64,000 bases of DNA from Camelus dromedarius (Eukaryota): NCBI RefSeq assembly GCF_036321535.1, contig NC_087438.1:6636001-6700000 (forward strand). Reading direction: 5' to 3'. Every line of letters begins with the position of its first letter. Within the stretch, counting starts at the first letter, position 1. The notes below the pieces were generated by a model. It saw only the letters and a program-made list of their open reading frames with translations. It made no database searches and had not been told where the DNA came from. Below, piece after piece: positions 49,130 to 63,000 of this stretch. A program made the position numbers and the translations under genes.

Positions 49130-50140
49130 GGTTAATGGGAAGTAAGGAAGTACAGGCAGTAGGCAAAGAAAGCTCATTAGAGCGGTTTTGTCCTGAAGAG
49201 GAACAAAAAGACTGGCAGCAGCTGGAGAGATGTGTGCACAGAGGGCTATTTTTCAAAGTGGGTCACTCGAATCATGTGTACATTGATTAAAATTCTTTCA
49301 TAGACAGAGAGAAACTGACTATGTAGTAGAGGAAGCAGGACAGCCCCAGGGACAAAACCCTTGGAAAGAAAAGGGACAATAGAGTTTGTTTGGGGAGAGC
49401 TGGAATTTGTCTTAGCCTTGTCAGAGGAGAGAGGACAGGGAGGGACCAGGCCCAGGCAGGGGTGGCGGTTTCACTGCTACAGCTGAGGGCCTTTGGTTTT
49501 CCTAATGAAGTACGATGTCAGGTCCGGTGGGGAGTAAGTAGAGGGCAGGAGGTTCAGAGAAGAGGAGCTATGAAGTAGACGTCTTGGAAATCAGGAACGC
49601 AGACTGGACTCTCCACGCTGCACTGAGCGGCCAGCTGAAGTTTGTGGTCGTCATCCTGAAATGAACCCCATCCACATGCCAGTGGGATTTTCTCCAGCAA
49701 AGTTCAGCAGCTCAGTCACGTGTGTGGAGGAGGCCGATGGGTTGAGTCCAACCAGGAGATGGTTTCTCCAAGCAACGGAGAAAGAGCAAAGCAGGAAAAC
49801 TGAAAATGCTCACAAGGAGATGACTTTATGGATGGCTGTGCAAGGAGGACGTGGGGACAGGAATGACACTGGTGTCAGTGGACTAGAGGACAAGATGAGG
49901 TCAAGGAATCACTACAAGGGATCCCATTGAGAGGGAAGCAGAAGGGGTTATTATGGGGGAACGGGAGGTTGCAGAGGGGCAGTGCACCAGGGTGTGTCCA
50001 TGGCGATGGGGCGGAAGTGAAGGTAGTGGTTGTTGATGGTGGGGAAGACGGACAGGTTCTGAACCAGAAGGTCTTAGATGTGGGATCAGTGTAGATGCTG
50101 ACATCACCAAGAGGAGTCTTCAGTGAATGAAGCCAGGTGA
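49130..50140 (-). mobile_element. LINE-2 internal fragment
   Basis: ttttgtcctgaagaggaacaaaaagactggcagcagctggagaga; purine-rich L2-like sequence that may continue the L2 at 45280. Confidence 0.5.
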
Positions 50141-50414
50141 CCCAGGCAGGTCAGCTGATCACCGCCATGAGAAAAGGACACTCACTACCTCATTCGTTTT
50201 ACAGAGCTCGAAAATGTGGTTCAGAGAGAATGAGCCTCTATGAAGTAACTCACAAATGAATAACCAGAGGAACCCAGAAGTGTTGGGCTCCGAACTCCAT
50301 ACTCTTTCTGCTATACTGAACTCCTTGTACAAGTCTCAACACAGTAAGCTTGAATAATTGTACCATGGAATTTGATGTTAATCTCTAGTTAACCTCTTCT
50401 GAAGGGGCTGGTCA

Positions 50415-50584
50415 TCAGCATCCTTAACCAGCGCTACCAGTCAGAAATATCTGAGGAGTCTCTCAACATACACAAGCCAGGCTGACCCTCAACCCACAGA
50501 ATTTGTCTCTACGGGGTGAGTTCAGACCTGTGATTTTGAAAACGCTCCCCAGATGAGTCTGAAACACAGCCTAGTTAACCACTG
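50415..50584. mobile_element. MER5-type DNA transposon
   Basis: ccttaacca..tcagaaatatctgaggag..ttttgaaaacgctccccagatgagtctga..aaccactg. Confidence 0.55.
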
Positions 50585-51579
50585 ACTCAGGTTATTGTCG
50601 GTACAAAAGCTCTCTAAAGCGTGAATGGTTCTGACAGTCCTGAAGAGGAAATGATCCAACCGAACATGGTCTGGAGTACCCAGTCGTGTTTTTCTATCCA
50701 TCTCTGTTTCTGGAGTTCTTGCTCTGAGTATCTTATGTATCGAGAGACATGTTTTTCTGTTCAGAACCTTGTGTAATCAGAGCAGATTCTTAATATTTGC
50801 TCATCTTGCCCAAAGATTCATTAAAATATCAACTTTCATCAATTGATTTCTATAAAATATTTTGCTTATGTATAATATCCCCTGCAAAACGTTTGCTACC
50901 TGGTTGATTACTTTAGAGATTGCCTATATTATGGAAGTCTCTCTCCCTGTCTTTCTGCCTCTGTCTCTGTCTCTGTCTCTCTGTCTCTCACAGACACACA
51001 ACTTTTCTCTTCTAGGATCAGATTTAGCAGCTTTGTTCATGAGTCAGCGTGCCTTCAGCAGGATATGAACTGAGAAAGGAATCCCCGTTGAGTAGCACCA
51101 AGACCATTTGACTATTGTTTCTCTCCCTCTACCCTAAATTCTCAGCTCAGCCAGCACAGACATGATTATTTAATTATGCAACCGTAAGAACTGCAACAAT
51201 ATCCATTTGACTTTTCCCTACCCCCAGGAGGTGATCTCAGCCCTACTCACCCCGGGGAAACACGTCAGGATCTTGGGTGGATAAGGAAATGGCCTGTAGG
51301 TACCTTGTTCCCAGAAAATTGTGCCCTGTCTTACAGCCTCCACCAAACCAAACACTGCTGCCCTCTCTGAACGGGCTGGACTGTCTCCTGTTTCACTCCC
51401 CAGAGCCTCATGCATGGTGCAGAGATTCACCCATGTATGGTGACTGCATCAGTGAAGTCACAAACATCTGAGGCTCAGGCAGTCTTCAGCCAAGGGTCTT
51501 CCAGTGTGTTTTTCATGTATCAGTAGCTTTCCAGATCACCAGGCTCTGGGCTAAAAGGTTGAAACTATTTACCTGTTGA

Positions 51580-51755
51580 CCCTTCACAATAACTCTGTAT
51601 GCTGGAAATTATTACCACCACTCAATGGATGAGAACACTGAGGCACAGACAGGTTAAGTAACACCCCCCCCATCAGAAAACAAGGAGGTGAAGATGGGAT
51701 TCAGATGGTGCCGCTGCTGTCATCAGAGGCTGAATCTTTACCCCCTCTCTACTAT
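51580..51755 (-). mobile_element. MIR SINE
   Basis: cttcacaataactctg..attattaccacc..gatgagaacactgaggcacagacaggttaagtaac. Confidence 0.75.
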
Positions 51756-51763
51756 GCACTAGA

Positions 51764-51922
51764 CCGGGGATGGTGAACATTCCCTGTAAAGGCCAGGTGG
51801 CAAATATTTAGGCTTTGTGAGCCACTGGGTCTCTGTTGTAATTCTAGGTAATAGATAAATCAATTGTGCTCCAATAACACTTTATTTACAAAAGCAGGAG
51901 GGGGGCCACTGTTGGTGATCCC
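51764..51922. mobile_element. MER58-like element
   Basis: ctgtaaaggccaggtggcaaatatttaggctttgtgagcca..ccaataacactttatttacaaaagcagg. Confidence 0.75.
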
Positions 51923-52110
51923 AGTGGTGCTCAAATTTAAGCGTGTCTCAAAATCATTGAGAGGGTTTGTTCAGATCAGACTGGTACCCAGCACTCTCCT
52001 GAGTTTCTGATTCAGTACGTCTCGGGTGATGCCCAAGACTTTGCATCTTTACCCTGCCTCCAGGATGCAGCTGCGGATGCTGTGTGTCCTGGGACCACCC
52101 TTTGAGGATG
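51922..52110. mobile_element. MER5A-like element
   Basis: cagtggtgctcaaattt..gagtttctgattcagtacgtctcgggtg..gcccaaga..ttgcat..gggaccaccctttgagga. Confidence 0.8.
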
Positions 52111-53719
52111 TCTGCCGTGGCCTAGTGCACAGCCTGCATGCTATCTCCTAACAGTCAATCAGAGTTCATGTAAAATCAGGCCATTCCTATGACTAAATCC
52201 CCATCACCTCCGTCCCCCTGCAGTCTTTATTCTCAGGAATTTCATTTTCAGGAACATCAGCTCTTCAGACATGAACCAGCTTTTATCTCCTTGGTATTCA
52301 CAGTGCTGGACATAGTGACTTATGTTACCAGGCGCTCAAAAATGTTTGCTTGTAGAATGAAAACAAAATGAATGACCACGGTGCTGTGTTAGATTATTTC
52401 CAACAATTTTAGAATGTGACAAAAATACTAAGGATTTGGGTAAATTGCTCAAGCTCAGAGCATGGCGTTACACAGTGTGGGGGAACTGTTTGAATTGTAC
52501 GGTAACTCACTTTTTTCCCACTTAACAAATTTAAGGAAAATCTACATTTTAAGACAGTCCTGAGTTTTGTCCAAGTCACATTGAATGCAGCCTGCCTGGA
52601 GTTGTGATTCTCTGTAAGGAGAAGCTGGTGCCTGTCAAGATACTGTTCCTTAGTGATTGGAGACAAAAGGGCTTGTAGGTTATAGGATTTCAGGGATGGC
52701 GTTAGCAATCTGGGCAATAACAGATCTTACAGTTCAAAGATTGGATGAGGCTGACTGGACATGTCTAGAAATAACTCAAACATAAGATAACCTGTCCAGA
52801 CTGACTCCCCCTCGGGGTAAATAGCCAGGTGTAAGGCAAGAAGCAAGCTACTTAAAAATCTCAGAGCCCTGGCCGCCCCATAAGGGTGTCTGGGCCCCGT
52901 GATTCTCTTTATTTAGAAAAATGAGTGGGAAATTAAAATGTTCTCCAAACTATTTGACTTCTTTAAAAAAGAACCTCATTTGGTTTCAAAGGGTAACTTC
53001 CCCTACACACACCCCAGTTCTGGGAAAAGCTGAACGCAGCCGCAGAGTGAAAGGATCACTCACTGTCTTCGGTACACAAGCATCAGGGCCTTCCTGCGTC
53101 CAAGTGTTAATTTGAACTGACAAAACACTCTCAGCACTTTAATTTTATTTCATAATGAAAATGAAAACGTAACTTCTATGCATTTTTGTTTCAAGTTTAA
53201 TGGCTCACTTTCCTGAGGTCGGCAAGCAGATGGAGTATAAGGCGAGAATGTATAATTGCAGATTATGAAACTGCAAAATTAATATTACTTTGTTAATGTC
53301 AAGATAAGATTTGAGAGCCAAAAGGGATTTTCAAGATCATTGATTTTAAACCTCATCACACAGATGAAGACACTGGGGCTGGAGCGAGTATGTGTCCTTC
53401 CCGGATTCACAGAGCCGGTTGGGGACAGAGCTACATCTGATGCATGGTCTCTTGGCACGTAAACCAGTCCTCCCACCCCGATGCACCACCCTCCCCATTA
53501 ACTTTTTACACGAGAGGGGCTGTAATTTACCCCTCACTGCTTCCCTTTCCAAGGGACGTACTTGTGCACAGGTGCACACACATCTATAATAATGATTTGG
53601 CTATCAATTTGAATTTAGTCTCCCATTTTCAGATATTTCATAATTTACTTGGATCTGCTAACAAAACAGTGTACAAAGACCATACAAGAATTATTCAAGG
53701 ATAACTCAGCCTCTCTATG

Positions 53720-53915
53720 TGTGGTCATAAGGATTTAATTGGGCTTAGTATGACAGAGACCCAAAATAACAGGGTCTTAAACACTGGAGGCAAAGGAAAA
53801 CCCAGAGCTGTGATGATATAATGCTTCCCAAATTTCTCAGGGGCCTGCCTCCTTCTCTCTATGGCTCTGCCATTCCTAGTGGGCTTCCCATGTCTCGGAG
53901 TCCAACATGAGCTCT
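53720..53915 (-). mobile_element. MLT1J/K-like LTR fragment
   Basis: gacagagacccaaaataacagggtcttaaaca..ctccttctctct..gctctgccattcctag. Confidence 0.55.
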
Positions 53916-54249
53916 ACCAATGAGCTATACCCTCCCCAACCCGGCACTCCTGGCTCTAGTTTTAATTCACCTCTTGGTGCATCAAGTAGCATCCAGAACA
54001 AACCAACATTCTGAATTGTCTGATCATTTCCCTGAATGTTGCTGAAGCATGTGATTTGCTTCCCAGGATACAGCAGGTGACCGTGTCCCCGAGTGTTTTG
54101 TCACCGCATAACGAGGATCACCAGCTTTCTAGCCACCACGATCTGTGTCTTTGCCACCCACTATCAAAATGTTGCATCTAAGCCAATGACATGGATTTTA
54201 TGTTCTCACAAACCCAACATTGCCCTTCTAGGAATCGAATTCTGCCCTC

Positions 54250-54651
54250 TAGTTTCAGGTGTGAGTGGCCGCAACTCAGATTCATGGTGGCTCAGGAAGG
54301 AAGACAGTTTACTTCTTTCTCACATAAAGTCTAAACTGCTGTCTCCGCTCCACGAGGTCTTCAGGCACCCAGGTCCTTCCTCCTTGGTGCTGCGCCACAC
54401 CTTACTGATCCCCCTGTCTTCACGGTTCAACATTTCTGACCACCATATCCACCAGTGAGGAGGCAGGAAGAGGGACGATATGTCCTGGGAGATTTCACAC
54501 AGCATTTCTGTTCAATCCCATTATTCAGAATGAAGTCTAAAGAATAAACTCATTTTTCAGCATGGCTTGGTGCCCAGACAAAACTCAAGGTTTTTATTGC
54601 TCTAGGGGAAGGGGAGGCTGATACGGCGGAACATGAGCAGGGTTTGCCGCA
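54250..54651 (-). mobile_element. MLT1J-like LTR
   Basis: gtttacttctttctcacataaa..tcaggcacccaggtccttcc..aggggaaggggag..gcagggtttgccgca. Confidence 0.6.
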
Positions 54652-55089
54652 TGATGGAGTCTTTTTACTGGGAAGCATAAATATTTAGAAAAAAACTGTA
54701 ATTAGTTTATAGGTATAATTGTAGTGCGACTACACTTTTTACCTTTCAATTTCCCTCCTCTGAAATATTGGTGATACTGCCAACAAGGAAATTTCAGGAA
54801 ATTCCTCATATAAAATGCTAGGGCCTCCTGACCCTTCACTGTCATTTGCTCTTCCCTCTATTCCCAGGTGTTGGGCATCCACCCTGGGTGATGCCAGAGT
54901 AGGCTCTCCTTATATCTGAAATGATGTTAAAATGAGTGAATGACCTTTAGGTAACTGCTCAAAGTTCACAATTTTGATACAAGCAGTTTAACTCCGTATT
55001 TTAACTTGCCCATTAAGCTTTTATTTTCAGTGGGCATAATTTTCGTTGTTGGAATGTCCGTGGTTCTTTTGCAAGACCCTTGAGCCCAT

Positions 55090-55880
55090 TTTCCATATCC
55101 TTTTGTGGTATTAGTCATCTCAAGGGTGCTAATTTTGCTGTTAGCATCTTATTTTTCCAGTGTCTAAATCTACTGTTTGTGTGTTCTGCTGACGCATGCA
55201 CATGGTAGATTGCTCTTTTGTGGTTTTTAAAGTTAGATTGTGAGTTTGTGCTCAGTGGGGCTTTATCTGTGGAAACCCCGAGTGTCCTGGATTAAAATAT
55301 GTCCCTTGGAGAAGGTTTTGGGCTTCCCAGGAGTGATACCAAACTGGGGCAATTTTTTTGTTGCTGTTAATTTCCTCCTTGGAGCATCCCACATATAATA
55401 ACATCAAACTCAAAACCTTCATGGAAGAAATCTCATGGTTATAACTTTTAAGGGAAGAATTTTTCCCACCATAAGCTCAGGAGAAAAACCACTTTATTAT
55501 CTCTTTGCTGCTGAGTAGATGTTTTACATTCCCTTTCATTGAGGCTATGGCCAATCAGTGGCTTCTGGGGTGGAGGGGTGGGGGAGGGGGAGTAATGGCC
55601 ATCACATCATCTTGCACGTCCCAAGGCCTTGTTTCCTGTGACCATTAAAACCTAAGCCCCTTGGTCATTGGTCACCAAGGTAGGCGTGCCCCACCTGCCC
55701 TCTCTCCCAGTTCACACAAAGCAACCAAGGGAATTTCTATTCTTTCTTGATTTGTAGCCCCCAGGAGTTTCCTTACTTTGTTGGGAGCTCCACTCTGCAT
55801 GTTAAAGAAGTTTGGTTTATTTTTATCCAGCTTTTCCTGATGTTCAGCAGTGGGAGGAGCTTCAGAATACCTAGAGGACC
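55090..55880 (-). mobile_element. Old L1/HAL1-like 5' region
   Basis: tgtgttctgctgac..catggtagattg..tgtgagttt..cagtggggctttatctgtggaaacccc; ttttatccagcttttcctgatgttcagcagtgggagg. Confidence 0.5.
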
Positions 55881-55949
55881 ACATTTCTGTAAAAAGAAGT
55901 CAACTCCCTACCTCGTTCATGTAGAAGTTACATACTTCAACCTAAAAAA

Positions 55950-57255
55950 AAGTAACAGAAGCAATAGGCTGAAAGAAAACATTTGCAACATTTGTCACAA
56001 ACAAGGCTTACTGTGTTTGTATAACGGGGCGCATCTGGCTAACTGAGATGGATCCCAGATGCTCCTAGGTGCAGACAGGGGCTCTGCCTCCCCTCCCCAG
56101 GTTACCCTGGCAAATTCTTGCACCCTAAGGATGGGCATGCACAGAGTTTAGAGGATCAGCACTACTGTTTTCCCAGCTTGGATAAGACGGTTTCTCTGTT
56201 TACTCCCAAAAGTATTCTTGGCCATTGATGGCAGCTGTATGGTTTCCCAATATGGTGTCTTAATGGCAGACATGAACAAGTGGGAGCAAGACCAAGATGG
56301 AGAGAGAAAGTCAGAGAGCAGGCAGTGATGGCAGCTCACTAGTCAGGCTTATTAGCGCGTGCTGGGATTCGTCTGGGGTCTCCCAGAAGTGATAGGGAGG
56401 GAGTGGATACTTTGTAGTGAGCTGATTTCTGGCAATTAGCCCTGGAGTGACTGAGCTCTTCTAATTGATTGGGTCCCTAAAACTAAGGTGACTTGATAGC
56501 ACCAAGACATGGACCACTTGGGTGATGCTAAATATAAAGAGTGCTTAAGAAAAAGAAAATCCCAAACAAAAGTTGAATGAAGGATAATTCATCAAAGGAG
56601 TGATGAAATAAATATCAAACACACAAATTAATTTTGCTAAAAAAATTAAATAACAATGAGATATATTCTTCTACCAAATTGACAAAGATGATCAAATATG
56701 TATTTTGCCCTCTTGTTTGTCTGACTGATGGGCATGTAAATCTGTATAAGTGTTATGAAGGGAAATACTTAGCAAGAGATTTTAAAATGAACATACATTT
56801 AATTCCAAATCTATTTAAAGAAGTAATAAGAGGCTTACAGAAGTAGGGGACAGACACTGTCCCTGTCGCATTCTTACACACAGTGAAATGATGGAAGCAA
56901 CATAAATATCTCACAAGAGAAGCGTAATCAAATACGTGTTTTTCCATCCATTACATATAGCCAGTTTGGAGCCAGTTGAATCTTGCTTTCTTCTCAAAGC
57001 CTATTTCAACTCACGGAAAACTGCTTGTGGTGACATTCTTATGAAAATTATTTATAACATAGTTATGTTATGTCAGGTGAAATACACAGGCTGTGAAACA
57101 ATATGTAAAATATATAGTCCTTATTTCGTATTTATATGAGTATTCGTGACAAAACAAGTAGTAGCAGGTATACAGATGGATGGTTATCATTTTCTCCATC
57201 ATGAAATTCTCCGTCGTTTAATTTTTCGCAATGAACATGGGTTATCTTTATTTTC
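55950..57255 (+). mobile_element. Old L1ME-like 3' region, interrupted at ~56025-56530 by a GC-richer LTR-like insert
   Basis: gaaagaaaacatttgcaaca..acaaacaaggct resumes at aatataaagagtgctta; ends atttttcgcaatgaacatgggttatc. Insert family not identified. Confidence 0.55.
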
Positions 57256-58329
57256 AGTGGAAAGGACAGTAAAAGCTATTCGTATGATTATATTGTCTTG
57301 ATCAGTTGGGATTCCACGGCTCTAGAGATTTTACTCCCTTTTTCCCTGAGGCACACGTCCGAAGAGATGGTCAAGGTGAGGACAGCTGTGTGCCCCTGGC
57401 CTGGGCTGGCCCCTCCGGGTCACTGCCCACTGCCAAGGAGGGCTGCTGGAGACCACCTTGGCTCTGGGCTTGGAGGGGCCCCACTTCTGCTCAAGTGCCC
57501 CCTGAGTTGGTCCTCACCACTGAAGACTCTCACTGCACATTCCTTTTTGTTTTTCTTTTACCTTTGTTCTGAAAGGCTCTCTTTCTGAGCCTTTCTGTTG
57601 GTTGGCAATTTCACCACTCTGTGTGTTGAGTTACAGGTGCGTATTAGGTGCAACCAGAAGGAAGTGCCAATAGCTCCTTATTTAGTGGAAAAGTCTTTTT
57701 CCTGATTGATTAGACATTCTAGGTAACTGGCTGCCCCGTGTGGGCGGTGATGCTGGACAGAGCTACGTGGGGTCTAAGCACACTTTCACATGAGCACAAA
57801 CTGGTTGATTTTTACTCAGATATTTTTAGAATAATACTTTCTCACTAATCTAAACCATCAACGTACAGGGTTGGGTTGGAGTATTGACATTGAAATAAGC
57901 TTCCTATATATATAAAAAAACAGTTTCTGCCTGCTTTCAATTTAGAAAAATAAGCCTGAAGAGAAAAAAAAATCACTTTTACAACATTTAAAAATTGATT
58001 AGATTTGTGAGATATTTCAAAATTAATTTTAATTCAAATGTTAAAAGCTACAGATGACTGGAAATAATGTAAAACAGAAAATGCAATTTTAAAATACATA
58101 GTTCATGTTGAGGTAGAGGAAATATTCACCTCAAATTATCCCTGGAGTAGAAGAATAAAATAAATATGTATAAAATAAAATGTAATCTAGAAATGAAAGC
58201 CAAAAGATCTTAGCAGTTCCCGGGCAGCAATTAGAAAATGGGTCAAGTAATTACTGCTTAAAATAATTTTAGTTCTCTTTATCATATGACGCTGATCTTT
58301 ATCTTGGTTTAAGAGATGAGATTCTCTTG

Positions 58330-58780
58330 GCACACAGTGATGTTACGAAGTATTCCTCAGACAGGCAGCTGGGATGCGCAAGTCTGACATTGGAAAGGGG
58401 TTTGGGAGTCTTCAGTTCAGCCATGGTTAGACAGGATAAGAACAGGCATGGGGAAGCTCAAAGTGGGAGGACTGAGCCTTGGGGCTCAGAATTAGGAGAG
58501 AAAGGAGGAACCGGCAATGGATTCAGGAGAGTCCAGCGACATAGGAAGGAAGCTGGGATGTCCCAAGGTCCGGGAAGCCAGGAGAAGGAAGCAGTCCTGG
58601 ACGAGACAGAAATCAAACCCATCGATGCTGCTGAGAGGTCAGCTAAATGGAAAAACGCCCAGTGGATTTAACCACGTGAACTGACGAGAGTAGCTACTGG
58701 GAGTGGAGGAGCAGAAGTCTGAGAGATGGTGAGAAAAGAACTGTGGGATCGCAGATCATTTTACACGGTTTTCTTACATT
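58330..58780 (-). mobile_element. LINE-2 internal fragment
   Basis: aggactgagccttgggg..gatgtcccaagg..gatgctgctgagaggtcagctaaatg..tggatttaacc. Confidence 0.6.
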
Positions 58781-59062
58781 TGTGGACAGACAAAACCCCT
58801 AACATTCGTAGACAGAATGAACAGTAAGAAGAGGCTCACTTTACTAAATATTTAAAAATGTAAATGCAGCTAACAAGTTGTTAAGAAAAGATGTTCAATA
58901 GTTATGGCCGGGGGTGGGGGGAAAGATGCCTTTAATGCAAGATGTTCCCATTAAAAAAGACCAAGTAAAGCAGATCTGGGTTCTTTCTGGAGATTTTCTT
59001 ACAACTGCAGGTGATTCTGCAATTTTCTCAAAAGTCATCATTACAATGATCTCACACGTTAA

Positions 59063-59182
59063 AGATTTGCAAATGATAACCACTACCTATGAAAACAGAA
59101 AGCAGATTTCTTCTGTACAGCACAGGGAACTATACTCAATATCTTGTAAAACCTTTAATGGAAAAGAATATGAAAATGAATG

Positions 59183-59218
<36 letters not shown>

Positions 59219-59305
59219 TATATATACGTGACTGGGACATTGTGCTGTACACCAGAAATTGACACATTGTAACTGACTATACTTTAATTTAAAAAAAATT
59301 AAAAA
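59063..59305 (+). mobile_element. Relatively young L1 3' UTR with a (CA)n microsatellite (~59186-59214)
   Basis: ctgtacagcacagggaactatactcaatatcttgt..gactgggacattgtgctgtacaccagaaattgacacattgtaactgactatact plus A tail; near reverse complement of 5630-5730. Confidence 0.92.
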
Positions 59306-59389
59306 GTGATAACTTTAGATAACCACCAGAAGGCCAGGTTTGAAGCTGATATTAGAACTCCTTCAGGCTCTGTTCAGAGCTGCGGGAAA

Positions 59390-59530
59390 GGACTCCCTAC
59401 ATAATTTGCAGGAACCAGTGCAAATGAAAATTCGAGGCCCCGTGTTTAAGAATGATTAAAAATTGCAAGATGTCGCCAGCAAAGCTTTAAACCAAGTGTG
59501 GAGAGGACTGAGCAGGGCCATGTGACGGCT
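59390..59530 (-). mobile_element. MER45A-like hAT-Tip100 element
   Basis: ctacataatttgcaggaaccagtgcaaatgaaaatt..ggcccc..ttgcaagatg..cagcaaagctttaaaccaagtg. Confidence 0.8.
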
Positions 59531-59689
59531 CTAATTTTACAGTCCTTTCTAGTAGGGACGGGGTTGTGTGGCTGGGCTTCCGGGGGCACTGCCTCCTCGC
59601 CCACATGTGAGGTAGAAGGGGAGGGAACGTTGGTGGTGGGCTTGGAAGCTGTCTCCAGCTATACATCAAAAATGGGGTCAGACTTTTTA

Positions 59690-60013
59690 TTACATGCTCT
59701 CACCTCTTCTAGGCATTTGTCCACACGTCACCCTCTCAATGATGCCTACCTGATGGTTCCTTATAAAATGTCACCCCTTCTCCCCATATACTTTGTTCTC
59801 CTACTGAGCGCCATCCCCACCCTCCACCCCCAGGACATGTACCATCTTATAATGAAGAATATATTTTACTTTTATTAGTAAAATAATACTTTCACTATAA
59901 CATAAGCTGCACAAGGACCAGGATTTTTATCTGTTTGGTCCTGAAAAGAGTGCCAAGCTCATATTTAGTGCTCAGTAATGTATGTTTTTGACTGAATGGT
60001 CAAATGGATGAAT
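59690..60013 (+). mobile_element. LINE-2 3' end
   Basis: taagctgcacaaggaccaggatttttatctgttt..gtgctcagtaatgtatgtt..gactgaatg..ggatgaat. Confidence 0.7.
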
Positions 60014-63000
60014 ACAGGGTGTAATAAATCAGTCCTGATGTGAGGCCTCCCTGCAAAAGTCCCCGACCCACAACATCTCTGCTCCTCTGGAGTGTGCGTC
60101 TTAAATTACACCAGTGGAACCCGGCTCCTTCCTCTCCCTGTGGTCCTCTTTAAAATGCAAACATGGCAAGGGTTGAACATTATTTAACACTAAGGTTGTG
60201 TCAGCATTTTACTGCTTTTGGCCCCAGAAAGAGTCTCAAAGCAAGGAATGGTGGAAATGTCACCTTTAAAGTGTAAAACTGAAAACAGCAGAAGACAGAG
60301 AGTAACTGAGCAGAAGACTAGGCAACATTTTAAAGTTGGTTTCACAAAAGCAGTCATCAGACACCCTGTGTGAGTTCAGCTCAAGATTCTCAAGGGGCTC
60401 TCACTCTGATTGTTAGAGCCAGGGAGGGATTAGCCCCGAGAGGATTTACTCCTCCAGGGGACCTGAGATGCCTGGGGTGTCTGGAGGGACCAGGGTGCTT
60501 GTGGAATGATGCCGGAGGGGGAAAGTGGTGGGGGAAAGAGGAGGGCTGTTAAAGGAAAAAAGCCCAGGGGTCCAGAAAGGAGGCGCTCGGAAAGAGGCCA
60601 CGAGCAGATTTCATCCCCTCCCAGGGCCCCTGAGCCAGGCCTGATCGGCCGAGTCTGATCAGGAGGCATGGACCTTGGATCACATTTCAGGTTAATGGAT
60701 GAAATCATTCTCCTGTCAATTCGTCTTTCTCCTGGTGTCCATGATTACTGAGCTTCGGGAATAGGGGGAAAGACAGATGAAGAGCCCATTCTGGGAGCCC
60801 TGCCTCTAATGGTACCTCTGCCAGTACGATCCACCGGAGTGAGTTCTACCAACGCTTCCATGGAACAGACCCTCTGTATTTCTTCATTATTTAACTTCTG
60901 AATCAAGATTAAGTCTGGTTTATGGACCATCTTGTGGCTGCTTACTGGGGCAAGGTGAGAATAAAAAGAAATTGGAAAAAAGAGAAGAAATAAATAAAGT
61001 AAGTTCATCTGATCCAACCCACTCTCTCCAGTACCCTATATATTTAGCTGATTGTCCCCATGGTCTGGCGTATGGATTTGCCCCCAGTTGTAACAAAAGC
61101 CTGCAGTCTTTCTCCCCCACCCCGGGTTAATTGATCCACTTTGCCAGCCTTCTCTGTAGATTAGGGACATGGCTGTTCCTTAGTCTTTATACCAAATGGA
61201 AAGAAGGAACACCAAGGAATGATCATTTCTACCTTTGAAAAGAAACATATTAAAACAAAAACAGAAATTATTAATCACTCCCTAGAAATGATCATGAGTT
61301 TTCCCCTTGGACCTATAAGGATGCCAGATTAGATAACTGTGCCAACTCAGTGTGTCCGTCTTGGGGCTTCTGTGTCACTCACAGCATTAGCAGGAGAGGA
61401 AGATCTCCAGCACTCACTACACAGCCGTAACTGGGGAAGCATCCCAAAGGCAAACAAAGGAGTTTTAAAAAATGGTTGGAACGCTTGCTAAAGAACCCAT
61501 CTGTGTTTCAACAGCTCCAAGGGGAGCCATGGTAAAGTTCCAGCTTCACAAATCAGTCACTCTCCTAAAGGATTCAGAATTGCTGCACTCCAGCCCAGGG
61601 TGGGGAGGCGCAGCAGGCTTTGCCCAGCGGGAGTGCCGCGACTGCTGCCTGCCTCTCCTTCCCCACAAATGCAGTGATTACTGTGTCATTTTTCTTCAAA
61701 GATCACTTTTTGGCCATTTGCTTGTTTTTGTTGTTGCTGCTGTTCGTGGGGCTCCAGATAAGACCTGATGGAGAGACTGAAATTCTGGACTTTGATTGAA
61801 AGGGGTCCAGGGAATATTTTCCTCCACAAGGGGATGAGGTGTGTTGCGTGCAGAAGGGTTGAAGGAATATTTGTGACCCAGAGAGTGCACTGGGGTAGCT
61901 TGTGTTACTGTTGTCCCCTTTTGGCTCCTTCTTAACTGTAAGAGGAGTGTCCTTCTCCTCCCCTACTTGACTGTGTCACTTGCTTTCGCCCACAGGTGGG
62001 AGCGGATAGGATGTCAGCTATGTCTGGGCAGAAGCCCCCAGAGCCATGCGGTGTTCTCCCAGCCCCTCTCCATCTCTGCCCTTAGCCACGCCCATGGCCT
62101 GTCCCCAACAGGGGCTGCACCTCCAGCTTTGGTGCTGGAAGGAAGACACATGAAGCTGACGCACAGATGACATCAAACATGGGTGAGCAGTAAACCAGAG
62201 ATTTGGAGGTTGTTCCTGCAGCAAACTATCATGAAAATTGATGGATAGATTCTGGAACAACCCGACTCTTTGTCTGGTTGATTATTTACATAAGGAGACT
62301 ACAGCAATGCTTGCCTATGGAGCACCTGTAATCTGGTCAAAGGTTTGGGTCAATCAAAGTTTAAAAAATCCAAAAGATAAAAGGCTGGCGGTCTGTGAGC
62401 AACACATCTAGATTACAAAATGAAACTTGGACCAGAGTGAAGATGTGGCCTGGCCAACTACTGTTTGACAGTCATCATCCTGTTACAAGAATTCTTCATG
62501 CTTTTGAATTGAGGAGTACCCTGGTTGTTAGAACCTGCTTGCACTCTCCATGACTATACTGTGGGCTGCATGTGATTTTTCTCAGGGAGGAGCCAAAACT
62601 GACTTCTTCAAAGATGAAGCAAAATTCAGAAGTTTTTTTAGCTGGATATTTATAAATTTAGAATGGGACATCCACCCATAACTGATTCAGGTATCATTTG
62701 ATTTCTCTACTGTTTTATGTAAGTTAATTTTAGAGGGGATCTGACAGACTGATATTCTTTGTTCTCTTCCTCTCTTTTTACCCCAAATAAAAATATGAGG
62801 ACTCAACAGATTCCTTCTTAAAAAAAAAGAATCAGCATTGAAACTCACATACCCAAAGTCATTTGTATAAACTGCAGGGAAAGCTGTTACTCTCCTATAA
62901 TCAGCAGGCTCTAAACAGAAGTTTGATAAAGCCCGTTAGTGTGGTTGTTAGAGCATCAATAACCTTGGCCTTTAGGAAGGAGGCTGAATGAAGACGGATG

